64,000 nucleotides of DNA from Candidatus Omnitrophota bacterium (GTDB lineage: Bacteria; Omnitrophota; Gorgyraeia; 1-14-0-20-64-10), in contig JAHFFE010000001.1 in NCBI GenBank assembly GCA_023248155.1, positions 212,873-276,872 of the forward strand. The letters are read 5' to 3'. Below are positions 20,696-30,237 of this stretch, one piece after another (positions within the stretch are counted from its first letter, which is position 1; each line of letters opens with the position of its first letter). Under the pieces are notes generated by a model, which was given only the letters and a program-made list of their open reading frames with translations, was not told the DNA's origin and did no database searches. The translations under genes and the position numbers were made by a program.

Positions 20696-21175
20696 ATGCG
20701 TCGTATGATGGTTTTACTTGGAATCTTTGTTTGGATGTTGAATGGAGTTTCGGTTGCGATGGCCGAAGAAACTGGTTCTTCTGCGACATCGGATATGGCT
20801 GCCATGACCACCGCCGATATGGCTAATCCTCCGGCGGAAGAAGCCGCTCCCGTTGAGTCTGCCCCCGCCGAGTCGGCTCCAGTCGCTCCGGCGCCTGTCG
20901 CGATTACGCCGCCGGCTCTCAAGCCGATTACCATCACCTTCAGCGGTGAGGTAGTTTCCACAGATGTGGCTGCAAGCCAAATCACAATTCAGGACCGTTA
21001 TGGCGTTAAGAAAGAAATTGCCGTACCGGCCGAGGCCAGAATCAGCCAGGGCGCCAATTCCAAGACCTTGGGTGATTTAAAAGCCGCCGACAAAGTGACC
21101 GTGGAGTATACCTACGATGTTGCTTCGAACAAGCGGACGGCCCAGACGATTTCTCTAGGCGAAGCGGCTTCGTAA
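20696..21175 (+). CDS. Hypothetical exported protein (Ala/Pro linker plus small beta domain)
   Basis: GAGGAGG RBS, signal peptide ending AMA|EE, GEVVSTD...DLKAADKVTVEY pattern. Confidence 0.8.
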   Translation: MRRMMVLLGIFVWMLNGVSVAMAEETGSSATSDMAAMTTADMANPPAEEAAPVESAPAESAPVAPAPVAITPPALKPITITFSGEVVSTDVAASQITIQDRYGVKKEIAVPAEARISQGANSKTLGDLKAADKVTVEYTYDVASNKRTAQTISLGEAAS

Positions 21176-21198
21176 GCTTTTTCGGAAATTGGTTTTAC

Positions 21199-21234
21199 AA
21201 AAAGCCGGACAGGAAAAATCCTGTTCGGCTTTTT
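21199..21234. terminator. Intrinsic terminator, possibly bidirectional
   Basis: AAAAAGCCGGACAGGA-aaaa-TCCTGTTCGGCTTTTT. Confidence 0.8.
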
Positions 21235-21254
21235 ATTTGGATAGGACGGCTTGA

Positions 21255-22619
21255 ATGACGCCAAATCCGATCATTTTGGAAATAAAAACGCTTTCTCCCG
21301 ACGGGCTGGGTGTTGCCCAATGGGAAGGGAAAACCGTTTTGGTGCGCGATGCGCTGGCCGGCGAACAAGTCGAGGCGGAAATTATTCGCCGCCGGCGCGG
21401 CCAAACGGAAGCAAAAACCCTGCGCGTGATCGTTCCGGCCCAAGACCGCGTTTCTCCGCGCTGCGCCCATTTCGGCATTTGCGGCGGATGCAAACTTCAG
21501 CACCTTAGCTACGATTCACAAGTTGAGTGGAAAGGCCGCTGGCTCGGAAATTTATTCCGCGCCGAACTGCCGGGCCAAATCGATGTTCCGCTTGAACGCG
21601 TCGCGATGGAAGACCCCTGGCAATACCGCGGCAAGATGGAATTTTCTTTTTCTCCGGAAGAGGGCCGACTGGGACTGGGACTTCACCGCAGCGGAAGTTT
21701 TCAGCGCGTTGTGAATCTGAAGGAATGCCCGATCGCGCCCGATGTGGTTTCGGCGCTGTTGCCGGTGATTCGCGCGGCGGCCGAGGCGTCGGGGCAGCCG
21801 GCCTACGACACCCGCCGCTGCGAGGGGTTCTGGCGCCACGCGGTGGTGCGCGTTTCGCGCAGCGCGCAGACGGCGATGGTGACCATCGTTACGCGCGAAG
21901 GTCCTGCCGAATGGATGGAACCGATGGTTCGCATGATTCGCGAACAGGTCCCGCAGGTCAAAGCGTTATTTTGGGGAATTTCCAACCGCATTTCCGATGT
22001 CGCCTACGCCGAAAAAATGACCCAATTATTCGGCGATGATCATTTGGAAGATCAGATCGGCGCGGTCCGGTTTCATTTCGGCCCGACGCAGTTTGTTCAG
22101 CCAAATCGTCTTCTCGCCGAGGCGGCCTATCAGGCAATCCGCGAAAATTGCCGGCTGACCGGAAATGAAACGGTCTATGATCTTTATTGCGGCATGGGGT
22201 TGATCAGTCTGGCGCTGGCGCCGTTTGCGCGCGCCGTTTATGGAGTCGAATCGGAGAGTGACAATGTGGCGCTGGCCGAGCAGAACGCCGCGCTCAACGG
22301 CATTACCAACGCGTCGTTTATCTGCGGGAAAACCGAAGATCTTTTACGCGGCGGCGCCATTTTTAAGTTGGGCGGGAAGCCGGATCGGATTGTGCTGGAC
22401 CCGCCGCGCGCCGGACTGCATGGCGACAGCATCGCGCCGGTGTTGCAGGCGCGCGCGCCGCGGATCGTTTATCTTTCGTGCAATCCGAAAACGCTGGTCA
22501 ACGATTTAAAAGCGATGCTCAAGCGCGATCCAGCCTACCGCGTCGAGCGCGTGCAGTGGTTTGATTTTTTTCCGCATACCATCCATATGGAAACGCTCGT
22601 CACGCTCGTCCGCCGCTAA
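21255..22619 (+). CDS. rlmD: 23S rRNA m5U1939 methyltransferase
   Basis: TRAM domain, CxHFGxCGGCxLQH, DLYCGMG, LDPPRAG, YLSCNPKTL, DFFPHTIHME. Confidence 0.93.
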   Translation: MTPNPIILEIKTLSPDGLGVAQWEGKTVLVRDALAGEQVEAEIIRRRRGQTEAKTLRVIVPAQDRVSPRCAHFGICGGCKLQHLSYDSQVEWKGRWLGNLFRAELPGQIDVPLERVAMEDPWQYRGKMEFSFSPEEGRLGLGLHRSGSFQRVVNLKECPIAPDVVSALLPVIRAAAEASGQPAYDTRRCEGFWRHAVVRVSRSAQTAMVTIVTREGPAEWMEPMVRMIREQVPQVKALFWGISNRISDVAYAEKMTQLFGDDHLEDQIGAVRFHFGPTQFVQPNRLLAEAAYQAIRENCRLTGNETVYDLYCGMGLISLALAPFARAVYGVESESDNVALAEQNAALNGITNASFICGKTEDLLRGGAIFKLGGKPDRIVLDPPRAGLHGDSIAPVLQARAPRIVYLSCNPKTLVNDLKAMLKRDPAYRVERVQWFDFFPHTIHMETLVTLVRR

Positions 22620-22625
22620 GCCACT

Positions 22626-23048
22626 CGCTTCTTCACGCTTCCGTCAGGCAACCTGTGTTTCGAGTCGGCTCGGGCATGGGAGCCGTGGACACGCTCGGAA
22701 TCGACTACCGATTCCGTCGCTCTGTCTCCGGCCTTGCCGAAGAACAATTCGTTTCGGCCTCCGCCAAGGTCCACTTGCCCCATATCCCGATCCGCCTCTT
22801 ACCACGCATGAGTTAGAGTGAGAGCCACGAAGGGGTCCCGGAGCTTCGAGCGATTCCGTGCAGGATAAGGCTGAGCAGGCACTGGAAACCCTGAGCGGGC
22901 ATGGTTCTCCGTCGAAGACGGAGAGAGCGAAGGGTTGACCGTAGTGCAGCGAGACTCGCAGGGGCGAGCAAGCGGCCTGCGAACGCCTTGCCTGACGGAA
23001 GCGCGAAGAAGCGTACCGTGTCCACGGTCCCCATGCCCGGGCCGACTC
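22626..23048. repeat. Structured non-coding element with two long crossed inverted repeats (REPIN/MITE-like or ncRNA)
   Basis: 22626-22651 vs 22988-23013 (25/26 complementary); 22662-22693 vs 23017-23048 (29/32); several internal hairpins. Confidence 0.8.
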
Positions 23049-23114
23049 TAAATTAATAGTGAGCGAGAAAACGGGTTTGAATTCGCGGGTCGGGAACTTT
23101 ACAATAGAGGGACG

Positions 23115-23615
23115 ATGCGCGCTGACAACAATTACAAAGAATCCAAAATTTTCTCGCTGGTGCTGATACCGCTCTTAAGTCAGTATGTGCTGACGCTGGA
23201 AGAAGTGGGGGGTCAGCGGCTGATTCCGATCTGGATCGGCATCAACGAGGGCAACGCCATCGGCGTTTATCTGCAGGGCGAAAAAATTCCGCGCCCGATG
23301 ACGCATGATCTGATGGCCAACTTTTTGAAAATCCTGGGCGCGCGCGTTGAACGGATTCTGATTTCTGATTTAAAGGACGGCACGTATTACGCGACGGTCG
23401 GGTTGACGTCCGGCAACCAGCGGTTCGAGATCGACGCCCGGCCTTCCGACGCGCTGGCGCTGGCTGTGCGCACCGACAGCCCGATTCTTGTCAGTGAAAA
23501 AGTTCTGAAGAAATGCCCGGTCATCATGAAGCCGATCAGCGATGAGGAAGTGGATCGCTTCAAGAAACAGCTGGAAGTGCTGAAACCGGAAGATTTCTTT
23601 AAAGGTCTTGAGTAG
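23115..23615 (+). CDS. Bifunctional nuclease family protein (DUF151)
   Basis: IPIWIG..EG.AI, PRPMTHDL, IDARPSDALALAVR. Confidence 0.93.
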   Translation: MRADNNYKESKIFSLVLIPLLSQYVLTLEEVGGQRLIPIWIGINEGNAIGVYLQGEKIPRPMTHDLMANFLKILGARVERILISDLKDGTYYATVGLTSGNQRFEIDARPSDALALAVRTDSPILVSEKVLKKCPVIMKPISDEEVDRFKKQLEVLKPEDFFKGLE

Positions 23616-24000
23616 AACCGCCCTGCTCCAGCCGCTTTGAAATGCCCAAGCCGATCTGCTGAGCGATATCCACTTTCGGGAGCAGGTGCTTTCGCGCGCG
23701 CACCGTGACGCGGACCGCCGAGGGGGTTAACTGCTTGAGTGTGATTGCCACATCGGCATCCTGAACCAGCGCGGCGATCCGGCCGTGGTTCAAATCTTCT
23801 TTCTTGATCAACCCCTGCGATTTGGCTTCTTCCAGCGCCGCCTGCCAGACTTCCATCCAGGGCTTTTCCAGCGTCAGTACCATCGAATCCCGGCTGATGG
23901 CGTACCCGGCGGCGGCACCCGTGACAATCAGCATCGGCGCGCATCCGAACAACCCGGTCATCATTCCTGCGCACAAAGTAGCGGCGAGAATTTTTCGCAT
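23599..24000 (-). CDS. Putative lipoprotein (DUF3568-like)
   Basis: AAGGAG RBS, lipobox LFG|C, GAAAGY segment. Confidence 0.75.
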   Translation of the reverse strand: MRKILAATLCAGMMTGLFGCAPMLIVTGAAAGYAISRDSMVLTLEKPWMEVWQAALEEAKSQGLIKKEDLNHGRIAALVQDADVAITLKQLTPSAVRVTVRARKHLLPKVDIAQQIGLGISKRLEQGGSTQDL

Positions 24001-24055
24001 CAGGTATACTCCTTAAAGTAGAGTCTGTCGTTCATTGTACCCGAGAGGGAATCCA

Positions 24056-26170
24056 ATGACAACCATCGCAAAACTGCAGAAAGAATGGAAACAGCCGTCG
24101 CTGCTGGAGCGGCTTAAGCCGGTGATTTTAGACGGCGCGGTTTGCTCCGATCTGAAACGGGCCGCTTCGCGCGAATGGGTGATTACCAACGGCATCGGCG
24201 GGTATGCTTCGTCCACGGTGGCCGGTATGAATACGCGCCGTTCCCATGGACTTCTGGTGGCTGCGATGAACCCGCCCGTCGGACGAATGGTCATCCTTTC
24301 CAAGGTAGAGGAAGAACTGGTGCTGCCGCATTCCCGCCAGATGCTTTCGGTCAATCAGTACGGCTCCGACGTCATTCACCCCGAGGGTTTCCGATACTTG
24401 ACGCAGTTTCGTCTGGATCCTTGGCCGGTGTTTGTTTACCGTACGTCGGAATGCGTTTTGGAAAAATCGGTCTGGATGCTTCCGGGTGAAAACGCGACGG
24501 TGATCGGTTACCGGATTCTGCAGGCGCCTTCTCCGGTTGAATTATGGGTCCGCCCGCTGGTGGCGCTGCGCGATTTCCGCGATTTGCGCCATGAACGGAC
24601 CAGCCCTCCGCCGTCGTGCGAGCAGGGTCCGGACTGGGTCGCCGTCCGGATGCAGCCCGGGCTTCCGGAGTGCTGGATTCATCACAATGCTGAGTGGGTC
24701 GAGTGGGCTGCCTGCTGGTACAAAAATTTTGAATACGCCGAGGAACGCAGTTTGGGACCGATGACCGGGTATCGGAAAACAGACCTCAACTGGAGCCGCG
24801 AAGATCTCTGGTCGTTCGGAAATTTACGCTATCTATTAAAAGAAGGCGAGACCGGTTTTTTGGTGGCATCGACCGGACGGCAGGGAATGGGTGATTTTTC
24901 GTTTCACGCGCGGCGCGTGGAAAATACGCAGGCCGTTCTGGCGCAGTCGATCCGTCCGCCCGGTAAGGGACCGCTGGCGACGCGGCTTTCCTGGACCGCC
25001 GACTCATTCGTTGTGCGGCGGCGGGCCGATTCGGTTTCCGGCCGGCATTCGGCCCGAACCGATTTAATGGCCGGATGGCCCTGGTTCACGCCGTGGGGAC
25101 GCGACGCGCTGGTGGCCCTGCCGGGGCTTACCTTGTCGACGGGGCGGCCGGAACTGGCGCGCGAAATTTTACAGACATTGGTTTCACACATGCGCGGCGG
25201 GCTGATCCCGGTTCGTTTTTCGGAAGCGGATGCCACGCCCCAGTATGATTCAGCCGATACCGCGCTCTGGTTTTTTTGGGCCGTCTGGCATTACTGGCAA
25301 AAAACGGACGATTTGAAATTTATCCGCAAATCGTTGTGGGACCCGATGCGCGAAATCATTCAAGCCTATTTGCGCGGCACCGGATTTGGCATCACTGCCG
25401 GAGAAGACGGACTGATCGACCTGTCGGACCCGGACCGGCCTCTGACCTGGATGGACGCGCGGTTGCCCTCCGACGAAGAAGAAGTTCTGCCCGGCCTGGC
25501 GGTTACGCCGCGTTCCGGCAAACCGGTGGAAGTCAACGCGCTCTGGTACTGCGCGCTGGAAATCATGGCGCACCTGGCCGATGAAATCGGTTTTCACAAG
25601 TCGGGCGTCTACGCGCGGTTCCGCGGAAAAATCCGCCGCTCGTTCATGCAGCAGTTCTGGTCGGAGCCCGAACAATTTTTGTACGACCGCGTCACGCCGC
25701 AGGGGCCGGACCGGTCGATCCGGCCGAATATGCTGATCGCGGCCAGCCTTCCGTTCACGCCGCTGACGCGCCGCCAGATCGCGGCCATCGTCGCGTTAAC
25801 GCGCCAACAGCTGCTCACGCCGTCGGGCGTTCGCACGCTGACGCCGCTGGATTCCCGGTACCGGGGCCGGTACGAGGGTGATTTTTCGGCGAGGGCCGAG
25901 GCCTATCATCAGGGAACTGTCTGGACCTGGTTAATCGGACCTTATGTATCCGCCGCGTTGAAAGCGGCCGGTAACGCCGCGTCCGAACGCCGCCGGCTGG
26001 CCGACGGCCTGCGGCCGTTTTCGGCTTATCTGCAACAGGGCTGCCTCGGATCTCTGCCGGAACTGTTTGACGGCGATTCGCCCCATCGTTCGCGCGGAGG
26101 CCCTTCGCAGGCCTGGTCGGTGGGCGAGATGCTGCGCGCGATTGAGCAAACCGGCGTTTCTGATTTGTAA
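24056..26170 (+). CDS. Glycogen debranching enzyme (amylo-alpha-1,6-glucosidase)
   Basis: EWVITNGIGGYAS, AGWPWFTPWGRD, LTWMDA, GKPVEVNALWY, YHQGTVWTW, QAWSVGE. Confidence 0.93.
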   Translation: MTTIAKLQKEWKQPSLLERLKPVILDGAVCSDLKRAASREWVITNGIGGYASSTVAGMNTRRSHGLLVAAMNPPVGRMVILSKVEEELVLPHSRQMLSVNQYGSDVIHPEGFRYLTQFRLDPWPVFVYRTSECVLEKSVWMLPGENATVIGYRILQAPSPVELWVRPLVALRDFRDLRHERTSPPPSCEQGPDWVAVRMQPGLPECWIHHNAEWVEWAACWYKNFEYAEERSLGPMTGYRKTDLNWSREDLWSFGNLRYLLKEGETGFLVASTGRQGMGDFSFHARRVENTQAVLAQSIRPPGKGPLATRLSWTADSFVVRRRADSVSGRHSARTDLMAGWPWFTPWGRDALVALPGLTLSTGRPELAREILQTLVSHMRGGLIPVRFSEADATPQYDSADTALWFFWAVWHYWQKTDDLKFIRKSLWDPMREIIQAYLRGTGFGITAGEDGLIDLSDPDRPLTWMDARLPSDEEEVLPGLAVTPRSGKPVEVNALWYCALEIMAHLADEIGFHKSGVYARFRGKIRRSFMQQFWSEPEQFLYDRVTPQGPDRSIRPNMLIAASLPFTPLTRRQIAAIVALTRQQLLTPSGVRTLTPLDSRYRGRYEGDFSARAEAYHQGTVWTWLIGPYVSAALKAAGNAASERRRLADGLRPFSAYLQQGCLGSLPELFDGDSPHRSRGGPSQAWSVGEMLRAIEQTGVSDL

Positions 26171-26193
26171 TTTCAAAATCAGATAGGTATACT
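26165..26193 (+). promoter_or_regulatory. sigma70-type promoter of the pilin operon, probably leaderless
   Basis: TTGTAA-17 nt-TATACT, ending 6 nt before ATG 26200; no SD. Confidence 0.65.
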
Positions 26194-26199
26194 TAAATT

Positions 26200-26736
26200 A
26201 TGAGGCAGACTTCTTCATTCAAGCGGCGCGGGCAGTCCGGTGTTTCGCTGCTGGAGTTGATTGTCGCCACGGCGATCGTCGGCATTGTCAGTTTAGCTGT
26301 CGCTACGATCTACACCACTGCCAACCGCTACATGCTTCAGGATTTCAATTCCTCTAATGCGCAGAGCGAAGCTTCGTTCGCGCTGGAGCATATCAAGAAA
26401 TTTGTGCAGTTGGCCACCGCGATTGACAATGCGACTCTGCCGGTTGGCGGAAATTCAAACGCGCTGCAGTTTACCTGGACGAATCGAGAACCTCCCAGCA
26501 CCGGCGCATTGGTTACGCGCACTTCCCGCTATGAAATCCAGGCCGGGAATTTGGTTTTTATACAAGATACTACGGTGGGTGCCGCGGAACAATTGGCGAG
26601 GGGAGTCTCGGCCATTGAGTTTACGCGTCCGTTGGCCGGAAGCATCGCGGTTGATTTGACCGTTAATGTCAACGCGGTTACCGGCACCCGGCAGCAGCGG
26701 CTTCAAACCACGGTGAATCCTCGAGGCGTGGCATAA
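26200..26736 (+). CDS. Type IV prepilin-like protein (PilW/PulJ-like)
   Basis: KRRGQSG|VSLLELIVATAIVGIV class III signal with E5. Confidence 0.85.
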   Translation: MRQTSSFKRRGQSGVSLLELIVATAIVGIVSLAVATIYTTANRYMLQDFNSSNAQSEASFALEHIKKFVQLATAIDNATLPVGGNSNALQFTWTNREPPSTGALVTRTSRYEIQAGNLVFIQDTTVGAAEQLARGVSAIEFTRPLAGSIAVDLTVNVNAVTGTRQQRLQTTVNPRGVA

Positions 26737-26750
26737 AAGGAGAAAATAAT

Positions 26751-27281
26751 ATGCTTTCTACGCGCACATCGGAGCGCGGATCAGCGCTGGTGATTGCGAT
26801 GGCGGCCGCGGTGATTGTCTCGATCATCGTGGCGGTGGTGATGAATCTTTCCATCCGCCGGTTTGAACTGTCCGCGCAGCGCACCGACCACGAAGTGGCC
26901 AAGATGAGCAGTGAGGCGGGCTTGCAATATGTCTTCTCCCGGCTGGCCATCGATGACGCTGTTTTCGGAGCTGCGGTTCGGCTTAAAAGAACTTCGCTGG
27001 GGGCGGCAGCTGTTCCGTTGAATAACGCCGCCGCTGAATATGTGGTCACCTGTGACACGGCGCTGCCTGGGGGGTCCGATGAGGTGGATCAGCGCCTGCA
27101 TGTCGGCGCTAAGATCGATACGCAGGGCCCAGCCAGCCCGACGAACGGCCAATATGTCGGCGGCAAGCATGTGACGATTCGCGTACGGTTTTTGACGGCG
27201 AACGACTTTACGGCAAATCCGACTCTGGATGCGGCCCGGCCTTACCGGGTGAGGGTCGATACCAATTTCGCGGAGGGTTAA
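26751..27281 (+). CDS. PilX/PulK-like minor pilin
   Basis: SERG|SALVIAM.. hydrophobic N-terminus lacking E5; SEAGLQY motif. Confidence 0.75.
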   Translation: MLSTRTSERGSALVIAMAAAVIVSIIVAVVMNLSIRRFELSAQRTDHEVAKMSSEAGLQYVFSRLAIDDAVFGAAVRLKRTSLGAAAVPLNNAAAEYVVTCDTALPGGSDEVDQRLHVGAKIDTQGPASPTNGQYVGGKHVTIRVRFLTANDFTANPTLDAARPYRVRVDTNFAEG

Positions 27282-27285
27282 ACCG

Positions 27286-27858
27286 ATGGGATCGCGCGAG
27301 AATCAAGAGGGCGTTTCGCTGCTGGAAGTGCTGATTTCCATGGTGATCATTACGATGGTGGCCGGCGGAATCATCACCGCGATGATCCAGAGCCGCCGCG
27401 TGACGATCCGTTCTTCGTCGGAACTCTCCACCGCGGGCCTGGTTTCGGAAGTTTCGGAAGCGCTGCGCTCGGCCGTCAACGGGCCGATTACCACCGGCCC
27501 ATTTACCGGATTTGATTTGACGAATCCTGGGATTTTTGCCGATGCCAATATGCAAAACCGTCCGGCCGGCGCTACCGCCGTTAACTCATTAATTCTGCCG
27601 GCTGATTTTAGAGATAAATTCCAAACCAGTGCCGGCACCGCTGCGACGATTGCCGGACATGGAGACGGGCGCTTGGTGGTGGTGGAGAACGCGCCAGTTG
27701 ACAACAACCCCGCCAACGGAACGATTGACGCGGCCGAGCTGGCTGCCGTCGATCTCGACGGAGACGGGCAGGCCGGCATCGATTTTGACAATGACGGCAT
27801 CACCGATTTGCGGCGCGTCCGCGTGAAAGTGAAATTTACCTCCCCGACATCCAGCTGA
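27286..27858 (+). CDS. Type IV prepilin-like protein (PilV/PulI-like)
   Basis: NQEG|VSLLEVLISMVII; C-terminal RRVRVKVKF strand. Confidence 0.85.
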   Translation: MGSRENQEGVSLLEVLISMVIITMVAGGIITAMIQSRRVTIRSSSELSTAGLVSEVSEALRSAVNGPITTGPFTGFDLTNPGIFADANMQNRPAGATAVNSLILPADFRDKFQTSAGTAATIAGHGDGRLVVVENAPVDNNPANGTIDAAELAAVDLDGDGQAGIDFDNDGITDLRRVRVKVKFTSPTSS

Positions 27859-27957
27859 TTTCAACCTGAATTCCGCACCTTTTTTCTTGCCCACCGGGAA
27901 ACCCCCGTGTTAAAATCTATGCTTCTGCTAACGTTTAAAGAATAAAGGGTTATAACT

Positions 27958-29274
27958 GTGGTACAGCCTACCTTGGAAGAGACAAAAGAAATGGGAAAAA
28001 TTACCGTTAACGGACAGTCGCTTGATTTACCGGTGATTACCGGTTCTGAGAACGAACAGGCAGTTGATATTTCGAAATTGCGCGGGAAGACCGGTTTCAT
28101 TACGATGGATCCGGGTCTGGGCAACAGCGGTTCCTGCACCAGCGCCATCACCTTTCTCGACGGCGAGCGCGGAATTTTGCGCTACCGCGGTTATTCCATC
28201 GAGCAGTTGGCCGAGTCGGCCACCTACACTGAAGTAGCCTACCTTTTGATTTACGGCGAACTGCCGAGCAAGACTCAGCTGGATACCTTTTCGAAAAAAC
28301 TGTCCGCGCATCAGGAACTTCCGGCCGGACTGGAGAAAATTTTTGACGCACTGCCGGCCGGTATTCACCCGATGGCCGCGCTGTCGATCGTCACGGAGTC
28401 GCTGTCCGGTTTTTATCCGAAGCTGACGAACCCGGCTCTCTCCAAAGAGGAGATGGACGAGGTCATCGTCACGTTGATGGGTATTTTCCCGGCGCTGACG
28501 GCCGCCTGCTACCGCAAATCAAAGGGACTGCCGCTGATCGCGCCGCGCAAAGATCTTTCTTATGGCGCCAACTATCTGACGATGGCGTTCGGCCTGCCGG
28601 CCGGAAAGAATGCGCCGGATGAAGTGATGGTCCAGGCGTTCCGCCAATTATTGATTTTGCATGCCGATCATGAGCAGAACTGCAGCACCTCGACGGTGCG
28701 CGTGGTCGGTTCCAGCCGCGCCAACGGGTTCGCCTCGGTCGCATCGGGCATCAACGCGCTCTGGGGGCCGCTGCATGGCGGCGCCAACCAGGCTGTCATC
28801 GAAATGCTTGAGCAGATTCAGAAATCCGGCGGCGAATTTTCAAAATATTTGGCGATGGCCAAGGATAAAAATTCCACGTTCCGCCTCATGGGCTTCGGCC
28901 ACCGCGTTTACAAAAATTTCGATCCGCGCTCACGCATTATCAAGGTTGCCTGCGACAAAGTGCTTGCCAAGATGGGCATTAAAGATCCGACGCTCGATCT
29001 GGCCAAACAGTTGGAAGCAGCCGCGCTGGCAGATGATTATTTCGTCGCGCGCAAGCTTTACCCGAATGTCGATTTCTACAGCGGCATCATTTTGCGCGCG
29101 CTGGGAATTCCGACCGAGCAGTTCACCGTGATCTTCGCGCTGGGCCGCCTGTCGGGCTGGCTCGCGCACTGGAAAGAAATGCTGGAATCTCCGGAGTTTC
29201 GTATTGTCCGGCCGCGCCAGATCTACACCGGTTCGACCGAGCGGCCGTTTGTTCCGCTGGCCGCGCGCGGATAA
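27958..29274 (+). CDS. gltA: Citrate synthase
   Basis: GILRYRGY, ILHADHEQNCST, GPLHGGANQ, LMGFGHRVYK, LYPNVDFYSG; alternative start 27991. Confidence 0.98.
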   Translation: MVQPTLEETKEMGKITVNGQSLDLPVITGSENEQAVDISKLRGKTGFITMDPGLGNSGSCTSAITFLDGERGILRYRGYSIEQLAESATYTEVAYLLIYGELPSKTQLDTFSKKLSAHQELPAGLEKIFDALPAGIHPMAALSIVTESLSGFYPKLTNPALSKEEMDEVIVTLMGIFPALTAACYRKSKGLPLIAPRKDLSYGANYLTMAFGLPAGKNAPDEVMVQAFRQLLILHADHEQNCSTSTVRVVGSSRANGFASVASGINALWGPLHGGANQAVIEMLEQIQKSGGEFSKYLAMAKDKNSTFRLMGFGHRVYKNFDPRSRIIKVACDKVLAKMGIKDPTLDLAKQLEAAALADDYFVARKLYPNVDFYSGIILRALGIPTEQFTVIFALGRLSGWLAHWKEMLESPEFRIVRPRQIYTGSTERPFVPLAARG

Positions 29275-29295
29275 CCCCCCTCGCCGTATAAAACG

Positions 29296-30237
29296 ATGCG
29301 TCGAAAAGTAGCGATTATCGGGGCGGGGAATGTGGGGGCCACTTGCGCGCAGCGGATCATTGAGCGCGGGTTGGCCGATGTGGCGCTGGTCGATGTCGTC
29401 GACGGCGTTGCCGCCGGCAAAGCGCTCGATCTTTCCGAAGCGGCTCCGCTCGAAGGGCACGACTGCCGCATCACCGGTTCCACAAATTACGATAGTATCC
29501 GCGGCGCGCAAGTAGTGGTAGTTACCGCCGGCATGGCGCGCAAGCCGGGCATGTCCCGCAGCGACCTGTTGGAAGCCAACGCGAAAATCGTCGGCTCAAT
29601 CATTCCGCAAGTCACCGCCAATTGTCCCAACGCTGTTTTAGTGACCGTCACCAATCCGCTCGATACGATGACCTATCTGGCTTTCAAAATGAGCGGCTGG
29701 CCGAAGGAACGGGTGATTGGTATGGCCGGCGTGCTCGACTCGGCTCGTCTGCGTTTTTTCGTGGCGGAAAAATTAAATGTTTCGGTGCAGGATGTCGACG
29801 CGCTGGTGTTGGGCGGCCACGGCGACAGCATGGTTCCTCTGCCGCGCTACACGACAATCAACGGTGTTCCGATCACCGAATTTTTACCGGCCGATCAGAT
29901 TGAGCAGATCATGCAGCGGACCCGCGACGGCGGCGCTGAAGTAGTCAAATTACTCAAGACCGGCAGCGCTTTTTATGCGCCGGCCAGTTCCACGGCCGAC
30001 ATGGTCCAATCAATTTTAAATGACGAGCACCGGTTGCTGCCGGCCTGCGTCTGGCTGACCGGCCAGTACGGTTTGAATGAAGTTTTTTGCGGCGTGCCGG
30101 TCCGGTTGGGCGCGTCGGGCATCGAGCAAATCGTCGAAGTGACTGTGACGGCCGATGAAAAGAAAGCGCTGCACACTTCCGCAGAAGCAGTCCGGCAGGA
30201 CATGAAGTTGGTTGACGCCCTGCTCGCGAAATCATGA
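29296..30237 (+). CDS. mdh: Malate dehydrogenase (LDH-like)
   Basis: IIGAGNVG, TAGMARKPGMSR, VTNPLD, LGGHGD, GSAFYAP. Confidence 0.97.
   Translation: MRRKVAIIGAGNVGATCAQRIIERGLADVALVDVVDGVAAGKALDLSEAAPLEGHDCRITGSTNYDSIRGAQVVVVTAGMARKPGMSRSDLLEANAKIVGSIIPQVTANCPNAVLVTVTNPLDTMTYLAFKMSGWPKERVIGMAGVLDSARLRFFVAEKLNVSVQDVDALVLGGHGDSMVPLPRYTTINGVPITEFLPADQIEQIMQRTRDGGAEVVKLLKTGSAFYAPASSTADMVQSILNDEHRLLPACVWLTGQYGLNEVFCGVPVRLGASGIEQIVEVTVTADEKKALHTSAEAVRQDMKLVDALLAKS

Noticed and set aside
22561-23034. Short ORFs 22561..22821 and 22813..23034; also tmRNA or RNase P identity for this region
   Set aside because: The ORFs lack RBS and recognisable motifs and overlap palindromes; no tRNA-like termini or GAGGAAAGTCC signature were found.
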